NCBI GenBank assembly: GCA_002256025.1
Contig: NKIB01012585.1
Location: 1-64,000, forward strand
Source: Asterionella formosa
Lineage: Eukaryota
Length of the DNA stretch: 64,000 nucleotides
Direction: 5' to 3'
Shown: positions 1 through 12,175 of the stretch, piece after piece
How positions within the stretch are numbered: position 1 is the stretch's first letter
How the letters are laid out: each line of letters begins with the position of its first letter
Notes under the pieces: generated by a model
What the model saw: the letters and a program-made list of their open reading frames with translations, nothing else
What the model was told of the DNA's origin: nothing
Database searches by the model: none
Translations under genes and position numbers: made by a program

Positions 1-81
1 CCCCCCCCCAATCCCCAAGTCAACAATGCTTATCATACCGCAAACCATGATGACCACCATAAAATAGCGTACCAGCAAGCC

Positions 82-2539
82 TTGGAAAACCTCCACTACC
101 AGTTTGGAGTCCCATACCAGCTGGCAGCTACTCCACAACAACTACTATTCCACCTGAATCACACCCCTATGCCAAACAGCACCCCCATGACTAACCCTGT
201 CCCTACTGAAGCTCTTTTTGGCCAACAATACCAAAATCAACCAGCAAACATCCAAAACCAACTGGACAGGCTTGCAACATATAATGTCTTCGCATTCCGC
301 CAAGCAGACAACCAACCTTGTATCCCAAACGATCGAGGGTATCTTATAACATATGCTCCACTCAACCCCCAAATCCGCGAGGTCCTCAACACCACCTCCA
401 CCACTGCAGCCATCGTAAAATTCCGACGCCTCCTTTCTCAAACAACAAGGTCCCTCCAGAGCGCAGGAGCCGACCTAACGAGTCCCTGGCGAATTGCCGA
501 ACTCGCAATCGATGCTATAAACAACACCACGGTGGGGAAACTGAAAGCCTGCTCACTTGCAACTTTAGATGAGTTAGTACAAGCACGATCACCCAAAGAC
601 GTCCTCAATGGTCCAATCACACTATACCACATGGCATGCCCTCATGCAGATCACGCCGCAGGTTACCAAAAACTAATGGAACACCAAACAAGGCTCACTT
701 TGGATGAACAAGCAAACAAAGCCGATCACCACCGAACAGAGTCAACCACAAACATTCAATACACAAATTTAGGAGATTACTCCATCGAATCAGTTGCAAA
801 ACATTGATTAACTTTTTAATCTTACTCCGAAAACTTGCCAGAACATCTTCAACCATTCCAAATTCACAGGTGTCTGCATTAACAAACATTTTGTCAAGCT
901 TGGTCGATACGACTTACCATGTTACCGCCAGTGCCCCCAGACGCACCAGCTTTCAAGCCATACCCAAAGCTGTACCTTACATTCTCCAGGTAGCTGCAAC
1001 CACGGTTGGAGCTGCTGTTGCAGACATCAGCCACAACCCAGAAATCCGTCTCGCTTTTCTTCATGGTCAACCAATTTATGACAACCACCCTGCCTTCGAT
1101 GATTTTACAACAATTGTCGCACAGTGAACAATATCAACGCAGACATACAATGCAGTGCACCAACTTTTAACTCATTGTTATGCAACAGGCTTTTCATAGA
1201 ACAAAGCCCCACACAAAACAAAACAAGCTCTACAGATTCCGACAAGTCTCTCCAGAGTTATGACCAGCAAACAAACAAACGAAGAACCAAAGATCGACAA
1301 ATGGTAACTGACAAAAGATATCGACAAAAACATTCCCACACAAACAAAGAAACCAAGAGCTGAAAATCCCATCTCAACAATAACTTACATCAGTTTAGTC
1401 CACCCAGTTCCGGCTGATTGGAAAGTACAGGACCATAATCCTTTGGTTGACAACATACTCCCAACGCCAACGCAACATCCAGATGGCTCTCTATGCCCAA
1501 CACCTTGCCCTCGGAAACACAATCCACGGCACATTGGTGAAACGAGACACAATTGACGGATACACCCGTCATGTTGCCCAACATTTACGAAACCATTTCC
1601 GACAGTTAATTGTCGATGACGCGAAAATTCTCCTCGATCCTCGGATCACCTCTCAACACACAGGACTTTGCTATGAATTGCAAAAAATCCTTGACGAAAT
1701 CGCTCGATGGGAAAACCGGCCCCGAAAAGCAAACCCTTTTACCAAAGAAATGCTTAATTTCCTCTGCAAACAAGCACAAAAATAATCCAACCCAAACAGC
1801 CTCACCGCATCCTTGGCCGATTGGCTAACCCTGGCCCTGTACACCGGTTTACGCTTGTCTGAATATTTCCATTACTCAACACATACAAACTGGGGCACAA
1901 TAGCCTACAACATTGACAATGAGCCAAAGGCATTCTTAGCTAGCACAAGATTTTCGTTTCTTTGTTGCCGATGAACACACAATCTCTGCAACACAAGCCA
2001 TCATATCATCGCCTTTCAATATCTTCAAAATTGAAATAACCTGGCGACGTAAAAAAAATTCAGAAGTTGATCAAACCCGCAACCTAGTAAGAGATGACAA
2101 CCATCCTGAACATTGCCCAATCCGCTCTATCCTTCGAATTTTTGTCCGAGCAAAAGACCATCACATACCCCCACTACACCCACTCTGTATATACACCGTG
2201 GTGGATTGTCATCTAACCTCCACAGTAAAACTCATCAATGACCTGGAAATATGAGAAAAGATGAAAAACTTAGCAAGCATTGTACACAAAGTCAATGACC
2301 CCCTTGACCTAGCAAAATACTCAACTCACTCTGCACAAGTAGGCGCTTGTGTTCTTCTGTTCTTGGCCCACATGCCAAAAGACATCATCCAACACTGCCT
2401 TCGTTGGAAGAGTGACTCCTGGAAAGAATACCTCTGGCACCTCCCAGCAATGGCCCAACAACAAGTCTCAGCCATCAATAGCACCACTACATACTCCAAT
2501 GTGAAAGACTTCGGTTATATCCCACCTCTACCCACCTGA
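82..2539 (+). mobile_element. Degenerate tyrosine-recombinase element (DIRS/Ngaro-like remnant): gag-like ORFs followed by a broken YR gene; ends not defined
   Basis: ORFs 82-807 and 804-1127 have no recognisable domain. YR pieces run about 1447-2539: YTGLRLSEY (catalytic Arg box, ~1840-1866), YSTHSAQVGA (HxxR box with R>Q) and LRWKSDSWKEY (W...Y box). Stops and frameshifts lie between them. No RT motif seen. Confidence 0.65.
1447..2539 (+). pseudogene. Tyrosine recombinase pseudogene
   Basis: The R...HxxR...W...Y arrangement is split across frames, with a stop at 1783-1785 and later frameshifts. The HxxR arginine reads Gln (CAA). Confidence 0.75.
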
Positions 2540-3899
2540 ACAATGGCAACGCATGTAGTCAGTGTAAAAATATAAGCAACACCAGCCCATTGAAATCGCG
2601 TTTATTTGCTCAGTATGCTCCACCTCCACGACGACATACTGTTCTGCTACAACCCTTATTCAACGACGCCCTTTCATTCCATCAAAACAACAACAAAACC
2701 AACGAACGCCGACATCGCGTTTTCAAAATACACATGAACTCATAAAACCATTGTATCGCCGACCGGACAAATATTCCGGCGCTGCAGCCTACAAACAACC
2801 AGTATAGTATCGGCATACCACTCCATCTGCCGGACGCACATCATGGGTGGCGTGAATATTACATATATTATTATGCAGTACCTGGTACATAGATTAGCTG
2901 GTACCGGTATCCCGATTCCGAGAAAGGCCTTTCTATGTATGTAATACCGGCATCTATCACCGATGCAAACAAATGCCTCATACATGTGGCTACTTATCGA
3001 TTGAGACACCTTACCGGTCACCATATGCATAGCATACAACGCGGTAGACAAAATATAACCACAATATCCATCAGATGCCGTACACACATGTGTTAACGGC
3101 CATCACGGAGGTCGAAGGGGAGTGGGGGTGTACAGCAGATACTCCTGTTGCGCAAATCCTACGGTAGAATTAACAATTTACCCATAGTAAACCACACCAT
3201 AGTACCCCCCCTCTCACACAAACAATCATCAAGCGGCCAACCATCACGACACGATTACTTGGGACAGCTACCAGGGCTCGTATGCATACACCGTACCAGG
3301 TACCATCACCCAGCATTGAGTCCTCACAACACTCCAACGCATTGCTTGTCCGCATTATTACATGGACGAGTTTTCGAGCCTCAAAGGCGCGACTAGAAAT
3401 TTAGCCTGCCTTTGATACTGGCGAGTACTTAGCTAAAGCTTCGTTTCTCCAATGCTCAGGTATAGCTTTGTCTACTCTTATTAGGCAATTTCTACTAGTC
3501 TACCGGTAGAACAAATTACGGTACCGGTACTGCTCTATACTTTTGTCCTGCGTGTACAAGCGTGAGGATTGAAGACAGTGCATGTGAATTCCCATGAATT
3601 CACCGTATTTGTCTTTATATACCGGTCGAGGGAATACATTTCTTTTACTGTTTACAACACCAGGTAGCTATGATGTTGACGAGAGCTACATATGTATCAG
3701 CGCCAACAAATTCAGGGACATACCCGGTATTACCGGCCTGGTACCAGGTACTGTGTACTGTATCTGATACCCGGTATATACGTACCGGGAGATACCTATG
3801 TCTCCCGGTACCTAACCGCAAATAATATACACTAAACGGCAGTTATCTGGTGGTTAGTCTATACTTTTAGACTCTACTCAATTCCTCTCACGTACCAGG

Positions 3900-4075
3900 T
3901 GAAGTATCTAACTACCGTAGTAGTAGTATTTGTTGAATATATGAGCTAATTAATCTTATGTACAACTTGTTTCCCAAGTTGACATCAAAGTATACAACAG
4001 GTGTTAGTCGAGTTCTGATATTTTTGATATAACCCTAACCCTATATATATCTGTATCAATGTGCTGGATCGCTCA
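3900..4075 (-). repeat. 3' LTR of gypsy element 1 (~176 bp)
   Basis: Direct repeat of 8478-8651 with about 10 differences by eye; starts TGAGCGATCC and ends TTCA on the minus strand. Confidence 0.95.
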
Positions 4076-7000
4076 CTCTCCCGAACTTGAGGGAAAACCT
4101 TTTACCTATGAAAAGGTTTGATATGACGAATATTAATTCGTTCTGTAATATGCATAGTGCATTGAAAAGTAACTGTACCATTGGCATGTACTTGAATAAT
4201 TGTATAAGGACCTTGTCCACGATCATCCAAAGTAGTAGTAGGATTATCCAAAAGTATTAGAATCTCATCACCCACTTTGTAATCACAAGATCGACGATGG
4301 AAATTAACGCGACGTAAGCGTTCGTCGATTATCACTTGTCAACGTTGATGTATCAATTGTAAATCTGTAATCAAAGGAATATTTAGTATCATGTCACGTT
4401 GAAAAACCCATGCGCCTGGTGAAATACGTAATATACTATGAATAGTAGTTCGAGCTGCATATGATGCAGTTGCAAAACACGTATCCAAAATATTTTGGGC
4501 TTGAAATTCATTCATTGGAGGATGAGCCTTTAACATAACTCGTAGACTATTACTGATAGATTGATGTAAACGTTCACAGATAGCATTTGCTTGTGGATTC
4601 TTTACTGTAGTAGTCACATCTTTAATTCCATGCAACACCAACATGTGTAAGAAAGGAGCATCAGTAAATTCACCTCCATTGTCATGTATACAACATTCTG
4701 GACGGGGATATCTGGTAACCATATCAATACAAGTTAGAGCACGAAATTCAATTGCTTGAGTAGCCACTGTTATCTTCCATGGACCAATTAAATCTACTGT
4801 AACTTCTGACCATGGTAAAAACAATGCATTCCTGGGTGGAAGTTCACCAAAACCAGTACCAGGTAATTTTGTACGTTGACATGCTTCACATACTCTTACA
4901 ATATGTTCCACTCTTGCTTTCAATGTAGGGGGACAAAAATGTGTAGCAATTGTAGCATTTAATCTTGTCATACCCACATGAGCTAACATCTGATGATACC
5001 AATTAATAATAGGATCCAATAATGATGTAGGAATAGCAATACGCCAAGTGTATCCTGGATTCTTCACAAAACATATTTAAAAAATGTCATGAAAATTGAT
5101 AGAAGGAAATTTTAACGGATATGTTTGTTGATTTAGAATCAATTGTATAACCAGCAATTGTCTATCATGTATTAAATTATAGTCCAGAGGGTACTGAATA
5201 TTGTCTGTCAATATTGGATGAATAAGAAAACAGGTAAGCAAAGGTTCATCATCTAATCAAATTTATAAAGGAAGAAATGGATGTTGATGCTTGATATTTC
5301 GGTCCAATATCATCCCCCACGAAAGACTCAAGCCTCGGGAGGCGAGAGATGGAATCTGCAATAGCATTGTCAGTCCCTTTCACATAATGAAAAGTAGGAT
5401 GATATTTTTCAATATAAAGTCTCCATATTAGAACACGTTGAGTATGTAAAGTATTATAAATAAGACTTCGATGATCAGTATGAACATGTAGAACTGCACC
5501 CAATAACATAGAGCGAAATTCTTTGAAAGTTTCTACCACAACAAGTAATTCTTTTTCAATAGTAGTGTAATTCTTTTGAGCAGCAGATAATTTGCGAGAA
5601 TAATAAGCAACTGGGAGATCATTTTGCATAATGACCGACCCTAATTGATAATCAGAGGCATCAGTAAATATATGAAAAGAAAAGGAAGATTATGATCAGG
5701 ATAACGCATGGGTGTATCTGCAATCAACAATGCTTTCATTTCTTCAAAAGCTTGTTGATGTATAGGTAACCAGACAAATGGACTAGTTCCAATTAAATCT
5801 GTAAGTGGTCCAAGAACATGAGATCGTCTAGGAAACATGTCTCGATAGTACGTATCAGCACCAAGAAATGATCTGACTTGTTTAAGATTGGTAGGTGAAG
5901 ACATATTAATCAATGCTTGAACCTTTTTAGACCAAGGTTTCAGTCCATTAGGAGTTAACCAATAGCCTAACCAATCTGTCTCTTGGACTGCCCATTCACA
6001 CTTAGATGGATCAATTGTAAAACCATTTGTCTGTAAACGATGTAAAATAGTGTCCAAAAAATGAATGTGATCTGGAAAATTCATTGAAAAACAACCCTCG
6101 TCATCAGTATACATTTCCACATCATCTAAATCACTAAGAATCTGTTCCATAGTTTCTTGTGCTATATCAGATGATTGTTTCACCCCCATAGGAAGACTTA
6201 AATATTTATATAAACCAAATGGAGTGGAAAAAAGCACAAATTTTGACTCTCCACATCTAATGCGAAAGTATAGTATTGCATAGAAACATCCAATTTGGTG
6301 AAGAAAACATATTCAGAACGTTTAATGAGAATCGTTTGTATTCGAGGCAAAGGATATATATTAGGATTGATGACTTTATTGAGTTCACGAAAATCTGATA
6401 CTCATCGGACACTTCCATCCTTTTTAGGAATAATAAAAGTAGGCGACGCCCATTTAGAAGCACCGCGTTTTTGTAGGACTCCAATATCACACGACCATTG
6501 TAATTCGGTTTTGAAAACTTCTAAATGAATATGAGCGACAGGATACGCTCGTTGATGACGAGGGATGGCATTTGATAGTAATTCCAAATGTACCTGCTTA
6601 TGAGGATAAACTTTTAATTTTCCATCAAATAATGTTTGATATTTAACCAATATAGTTCGCAAACATGACCGTTGCATTGTTGTTAAATGCATCTGTTTAT
6701 TCACCACTGTATCAACATTAACATAATTATATTCAGCAGCTTTAATTTCCAGCGCATATGAAGATTCCATAATCATAGGTGCATCAAAATATAATAATAC
6801 ATCACGTAAACGTTCTGCATCATCAAAGAATGCGAGAGAATGCATAGGAACAGATATATCCATACAGGACATGGTGTTATTTACGAAATCAATGGTTAAA
6901 CCAACTTGGCGAAGGAAATCACGTCCTAAATTAGCATCAAATGTGCATAGACCATTAAAAACTTTACAGTTTTGTTGTAAAACACGAGCAGATCGATTAA

Positions 7001-8477
7001 ATTCAGGTAGAATCAGGTCATATAAAATAACACTGGCATGAGATGAATAAGTACCAGCTATGGTATGTATTAATTGTGAAGTCTCCTTAGACAAAGAAAT
7101 ACCTTGAGGCATAAACCGTTCATGTATTAAGGATAAGGATCCTCCACTATCAAATAATACTCGTAGTATTTTATGCATAGGCATAGCATCCACCAATCAT
7201 GGCGCTAAAAGAGACATCGGAATCAAATCAATTGACGTTAATATATTCTTAGAAGTAAAACAGGAAACCGGAATTGGGCCCTGATATGTATGTCCATCGA
7301 TACATTTATATATGTCCTGCGTTACAGCAACAGCGGTATTCATAGTGTATTCAACCTTGATAACTTTCCGTAGGACTGCTATGTGAGCCGCCTCCACGAC
7401 CACCAAAATGTCCTCGTCCACCGAAATTGTAGGAACGGCCACGTCCGTTATGACGACCAGCCATGCGACCTGCTCGACCACCTTGAGTCCAAGGATTCTG
7501 AAAACAATTGCCCCAAGTATCACCTTCAGGATGTACCAGGCAAGGACCATGATAATCATGGTACGTACGACTGGCTTGTAGAGCTTGATGACGAAGAGTC
7601 GCCTGACGATCCCATGCGCGACCGGCTGCATTGACAATAGCACGCGCTCTTCCACGACCACTTGGAGTAAAATTATCGTTGTAGAATTGACGACTGACAC
7701 GCTCGTTTTCTTGACGCATCACATGATTGCCTTCAGCAATACGACGACGATTTTGCGTGATTGTTTGAACACTGTTCTTGGGAAGGTGCTTGTTTCGATC
7801 CTTAAACGATTGTTGACTCTCGAAGTAAGCGAGAACCGAGCGAATTGATTGGTCTGAAGTTTTAGCATGATTCAATTCAAACTCTTGTTGCCACTCATCG
7901 GGCATAGATCGGATGATGATGATCCGCAAAAATTCTTTTGACAATCCGTTTTGATCTTCTGGATGAGGCATTAGTTGAAGTAGCCTGTTCAAAATCTTAA
8001 TACGAGCTCCGAAATCCATTACCAACATAGAAAAGGGTTTAGACAAGTAGCGTAGCATCCATTGTTGTTGACGTTGAAAACTCTCGTTTGGTAAATGATT
8101 GTCTAACCATAAAACCATTGCTTCATCGAAACTATCGTAAGATTGATCTTCTGGGTGTACTTCCACATTCAACCAATCTGATAAGGCAATGTCAGTCAAA
8201 CACCTTTTAAAGTAGGAAAAGGTCGTATCTGCAGGGCTAAAGGCACATGTGTTAGCCATGTCTCGAAATTGATTCACTCCAATCAACAATGCTTCCACAG
8301 AGCTTCCATCAATTATATCTTGATCAACGATTCAAACATTCCACTGGTTAAAGCAACTCTGAATGTTTTAGTCTTGATAGTCAATACATTGTAATCTTTG
8401 ATCAAAGGAATGACAGGAACCCTTGAATACATTGCCATGTTTGCTTTTTTCTAATTGGACTCTTTTTGAATTCAAAG

Positions 8478-8651
8478 TGAATTATCTAACTAGAAGTAGT
8501 AGTATTTGTTGAATATATGATCTAATTAATCTTAAGTACAACTTGTTTCCCAAGTTGACATCAAAGTATACAACAGGTGTTAGTCAAGTTCTGATATATT
8601 TGATATAATCCTAACCCTATATACATCTGTATCAATGTGCAGGATCGCTCA
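8478..8651 (-). repeat. 5' LTR of gypsy element 1 (~174 bp)
   Basis: Direct repeat of 3900-4075; abuts the CCAGG TSD at 8652-8656. Confidence 0.95.
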
Positions 8652-9120
8652 CCAGGTTCCACGATTCTCCTCAGGTAGCCGTACAAAAGTGTATACTTTC
8701 CACCTCAACTATCGGGGTGTGCTTTGTGGACGTACAATGTCAGTAGCACAGTACCAGGTAGGAGGTGATTGATATTCTACACCACCAGCCAGCGGCCGTT
8801 TTCAATTCCCGACTCGATCAACTACCGGTAGTACCGGTACCGGTATGCTGGCATAGGTACAAATGTACCAGTGCCAACTCCCCTAAACCCTGGTACCCTG
8901 GTTTCCAGGTAACATACCTGTACTCTGGTACCTGGTAAAAGGGGTACCAGGGTACCAGGGTACCGTGCAGGAGGTAGAGGCATGTACGGGTGTTATGTGC
9001 TATAGTCACCACTGTAAATTATTGTTCTGACTCCTTCATCACTCATACAGATAGGAAAGTCACAATCACCATACCAAAACAACTTATTCTTCACAACAAC
9101 TTGTGCTTTTTACAACAAGA

Positions 9121-11476
9121 ATGCCTGGAGGCCGTGGACATCCTGCATTTTGTTCTAAAGGGACAGATGAACCTGTTGTAGTAATAGGAGGCAATATTGA
9201 CGTCCATGATGAGCACTTGGGTTAAATTCAAGAGACAGAAGAAAACAGGTGAAAGCTGAAAAAAAACAGGAACACCGCAACAGATTGAAGGTAATAATTC
9301 AATAGTTGAAAGATCAATACCCTCAGTATACTGCAGCAGGTGGAGTTATTTCAATTTCTCAAGAGCATGCTGCAAGAAACACAAATTTTTTCCAACACAC
9401 AAACAAAGAAGACTTAAAGTACAATGGAATCAATGTCACTCTCATCAAAGCATTTCTTAGCTCTGCGAAGCGAAAATCAAATGGAAAAAATATGCTCATT
9501 TTCAAAAATTCGAAAGTTTCATGATTCCATTTATTTTGGTGCAGAGCAGGCATCAGAAGTTCTACCTCGAATCTACCATCAAGAAATACAAAAAAATTTA
9601 GAATCATTCAAAAAAGAGTCAGTTAAAGCAAAGCGACAAGGTAATGTTGATGAGCATGATGCAGATCAAATACCACTTCCACTATACAGTCACATTTGTG
9701 AGTGGGCAGTGGATGCTAGTAATATATATGCATGGACATTTACAGTGTGCCAATGGAACTGCATGGGTCGAAGTGCATCCATTGGGAATTCACAATTTTA
9801 CAATTGGTGTTGATTCATTCAAGATAACATATCATGGTGACTCAAAGACTGACAGTGCTGGTTATTATGCTAGCCCAAAGAATTTATATTCCAATCCCTT
9901 TAAGCCACACATTTGCCCTGCAACTGCACTTGGAATCTGGTTGTCATTTCGTAATGAAGCTTTTACTAAGGATCGTGACTCCATATTCCTTGATAATGGT
10001 ACTCTTGGAAGTGCTGCTCATCGATATTGTCAACAGCTTGTTGAACTTCTGGCAGGTCATCATGATGAAATTCGACAATACTGTCATGCTGAGCAAGTGA
10101 AAAGCCATGGTCTCAGGAAAGGGTCTGCTACCCATGCAACAAGTGGAACCACTGTTCCTTCACCACTTCCATCAGTGGCTAGAAGAGGTGAATAGAGCCA
10201 AGGAACTATCTTTGACATATATTTTTTGTTTGCAGAACCTGGTGATCAATACCTTGGGCGATTTCTTGCAGGACTCCCATCCTCTAATGCAGTTGATTTC
10301 GCGGTTCTACCACCACATTTCAATTATAGTATGGAAAATGATGATGTCAAGCAGGCATTACAGATATGTTTTGGTTGAATCATTGAATTGTATGAGGAGA
10401 GACAAAATGGGGCAATAGTTGGTGTTTTACTCTACTTCCTTGCTGGATCAGTTGTTTATCACATGTATGCCTTTGTTAAACCTGTAATTGAGAAACAACA
10501 AAACCACCCATTTTCTGCAATTCCACTATTGCAATATCCTGGCCTCCATCAGCGCTTGCAAAAATTTGTGACACTTGATAAAACTGACAACATGCCCCAA
10601 GCCACAGGGATCCCACCACATATTGATCACTCACAAAAATTGAGTGAGATTCTTCTAAAAGTCACTCAGATAACATCAATGATGATGCATCTGACAGAGG
10701 AAATCAAAGCTTCTGTAGTTCAAGCAATTGAAGAGCATGACATCCGTGGCTGGTGGTGTCATTACAATCGATTTTCTTAACAATCGGTTGAAAGAGCATC
10801 ACAAACAGCTCGTGAACAGGTGCTTTGTGATCAGCTTCAACAAGGTGGAATAAATGATCAGGTAACTCGACCACACCCTGAACAAGAACACCAACAAGGT
10901 CAACAGAAGGGGATAGATCATACTTTGTATTTCTATGACGGAAAGTTTTGGCAGGTACCAAGGGGTTGGCAGTTTCCTGAAAAGATTCTCCTCCACACAG
11001 GGTGGAGTCTATGGCTAAATGGGCAACCAGGCATTGTCAGACCATTTCGCCTTCTTGATCCACCGTCACTATCCCCTGACAAGAAGCTCCGGGATAGACT
11101 GAAATTAGAGTGGAGACCAATTTTCCAAATGATGGAACAAGCACCAGACATGGAGATTCCAACAGGGTCACAAAATGTTACACCAGAATTTGTTGAGCAA
11201 TCATTTCTGCAGGGAACTTATTATCCCAAGGCAAGAGCTGAAAATGTTTGGGAGCATTCAACAAGACCTGAAGTTCTTACTATTAGCTCATGGTCTAAAC
11301 ATGTTCACCAGCGGAGTAACATTGAGAAGTTTGGGAATGATAATGACCATGCCAATCTTCCACCTCCAGATCGGCACAATGCTCCCCACAGCAATATACG
11401 GCAGTGGCAGTGCCAGCTTGCAACTAAGGTACTTGATCAAAGAAGAAGAGTTCGTCAGAGACACAATTCTCCTTGA
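9121..11476 (+). mobile_element. Crypton-like (stramenopile CryptonS-type) tyrosine-recombinase DNA transposon, coding region pseudogenised
   Basis: ATG at 9121 (MPGGRGHP...). Fragments include QWNCMGRSAS, PKNLYSNP...CPATALG, SHGLRKGSATHA (HxxR), ARRGE, and YFLFAEPGDQYLGRFLAGL...AVLPPHF. C-terminal LYFYDGKFWQVPRGWQFP...WSLWLNG...RPFRLL. No RT, no TIR; many stops and frameshifts. Confidence 0.7.
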
Positions 11477-12175
11477 AATTACTAGTGAATATTTATATAA
11501 ATATATATCATATTATGTATATAGTACTATACAACAGAGTTTCAGCAGGCACTACTGGCTGGCTGATGGGTTTTTTAAAGGCTTTTTATGGATTACAAAA
11601 CACACCACTGTTGCCTCTCCTCAGCCAGTTGAGCTGCTTGCTTTCGAGGTCAGCAGTGTGTAAACCAGTCAGCAAATTTAACAATGCAATGGTGAGTTTC
11701 TTCTCTTCATTTGCTGGGATGTATATTAGATTATCTAGGTGCAGATGGGTAAGGTGTATTATATATCTGGCTGGAAACCCATACTTTTTTACACATTTGC
11801 GAGACTAAACAATACTGGTTGCTCCGTCTCATAGCCTACAGTCGTAACTGCACCAGGTACCAGGTACCACTCCGAGTACCTGGTATTTCATTTTACATGG
11901 TGCGTGTATATGATGCTGTGTATCATAGGATGCATATTGCCGTACCGTGGTAGCACCACAGCAGTCGAATATTCTCACCGGCATACCGGGTAGATACTAA
12001 GATTATAAAATGAATACATATGATGGCTCGACAGCTGCCTATAACGGACTGACGTACGGACATTCTACAGCAAGTGTGGGCTTTTAGAGGGCACTTATAC
12101 ATAGATGGATGAATGTCTTATGAACTGTATTCGAATCCACAGCTCTCGTGACTCGCTCGTGGCATCGACTATCCG

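Larger units (their letters stand above)
3900..8651 (-). mobile_element. Full-length but inactivated Ty3/gypsy LTR retrotransposon (4.75 kb), 5-bp TSD CCAGG
   Basis: LTRs at 3900-4075 and 8478-8651, both TG...CA. Identical CCAGG at 3895-3899 and 8652-8656. Minus-strand order: gag (7351-8298), protease LFDSGG, RT (LPMG...YTDD), RNase H ([15 protein letters not shown]), integrase (H-H-C-C, VDLIGP, HDNGGEF, PQANAICER), GPY tail. PPT GGGAGAG precedes the 3' LTR. Multiple frameshifts and stops. Confidence 0.95.
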
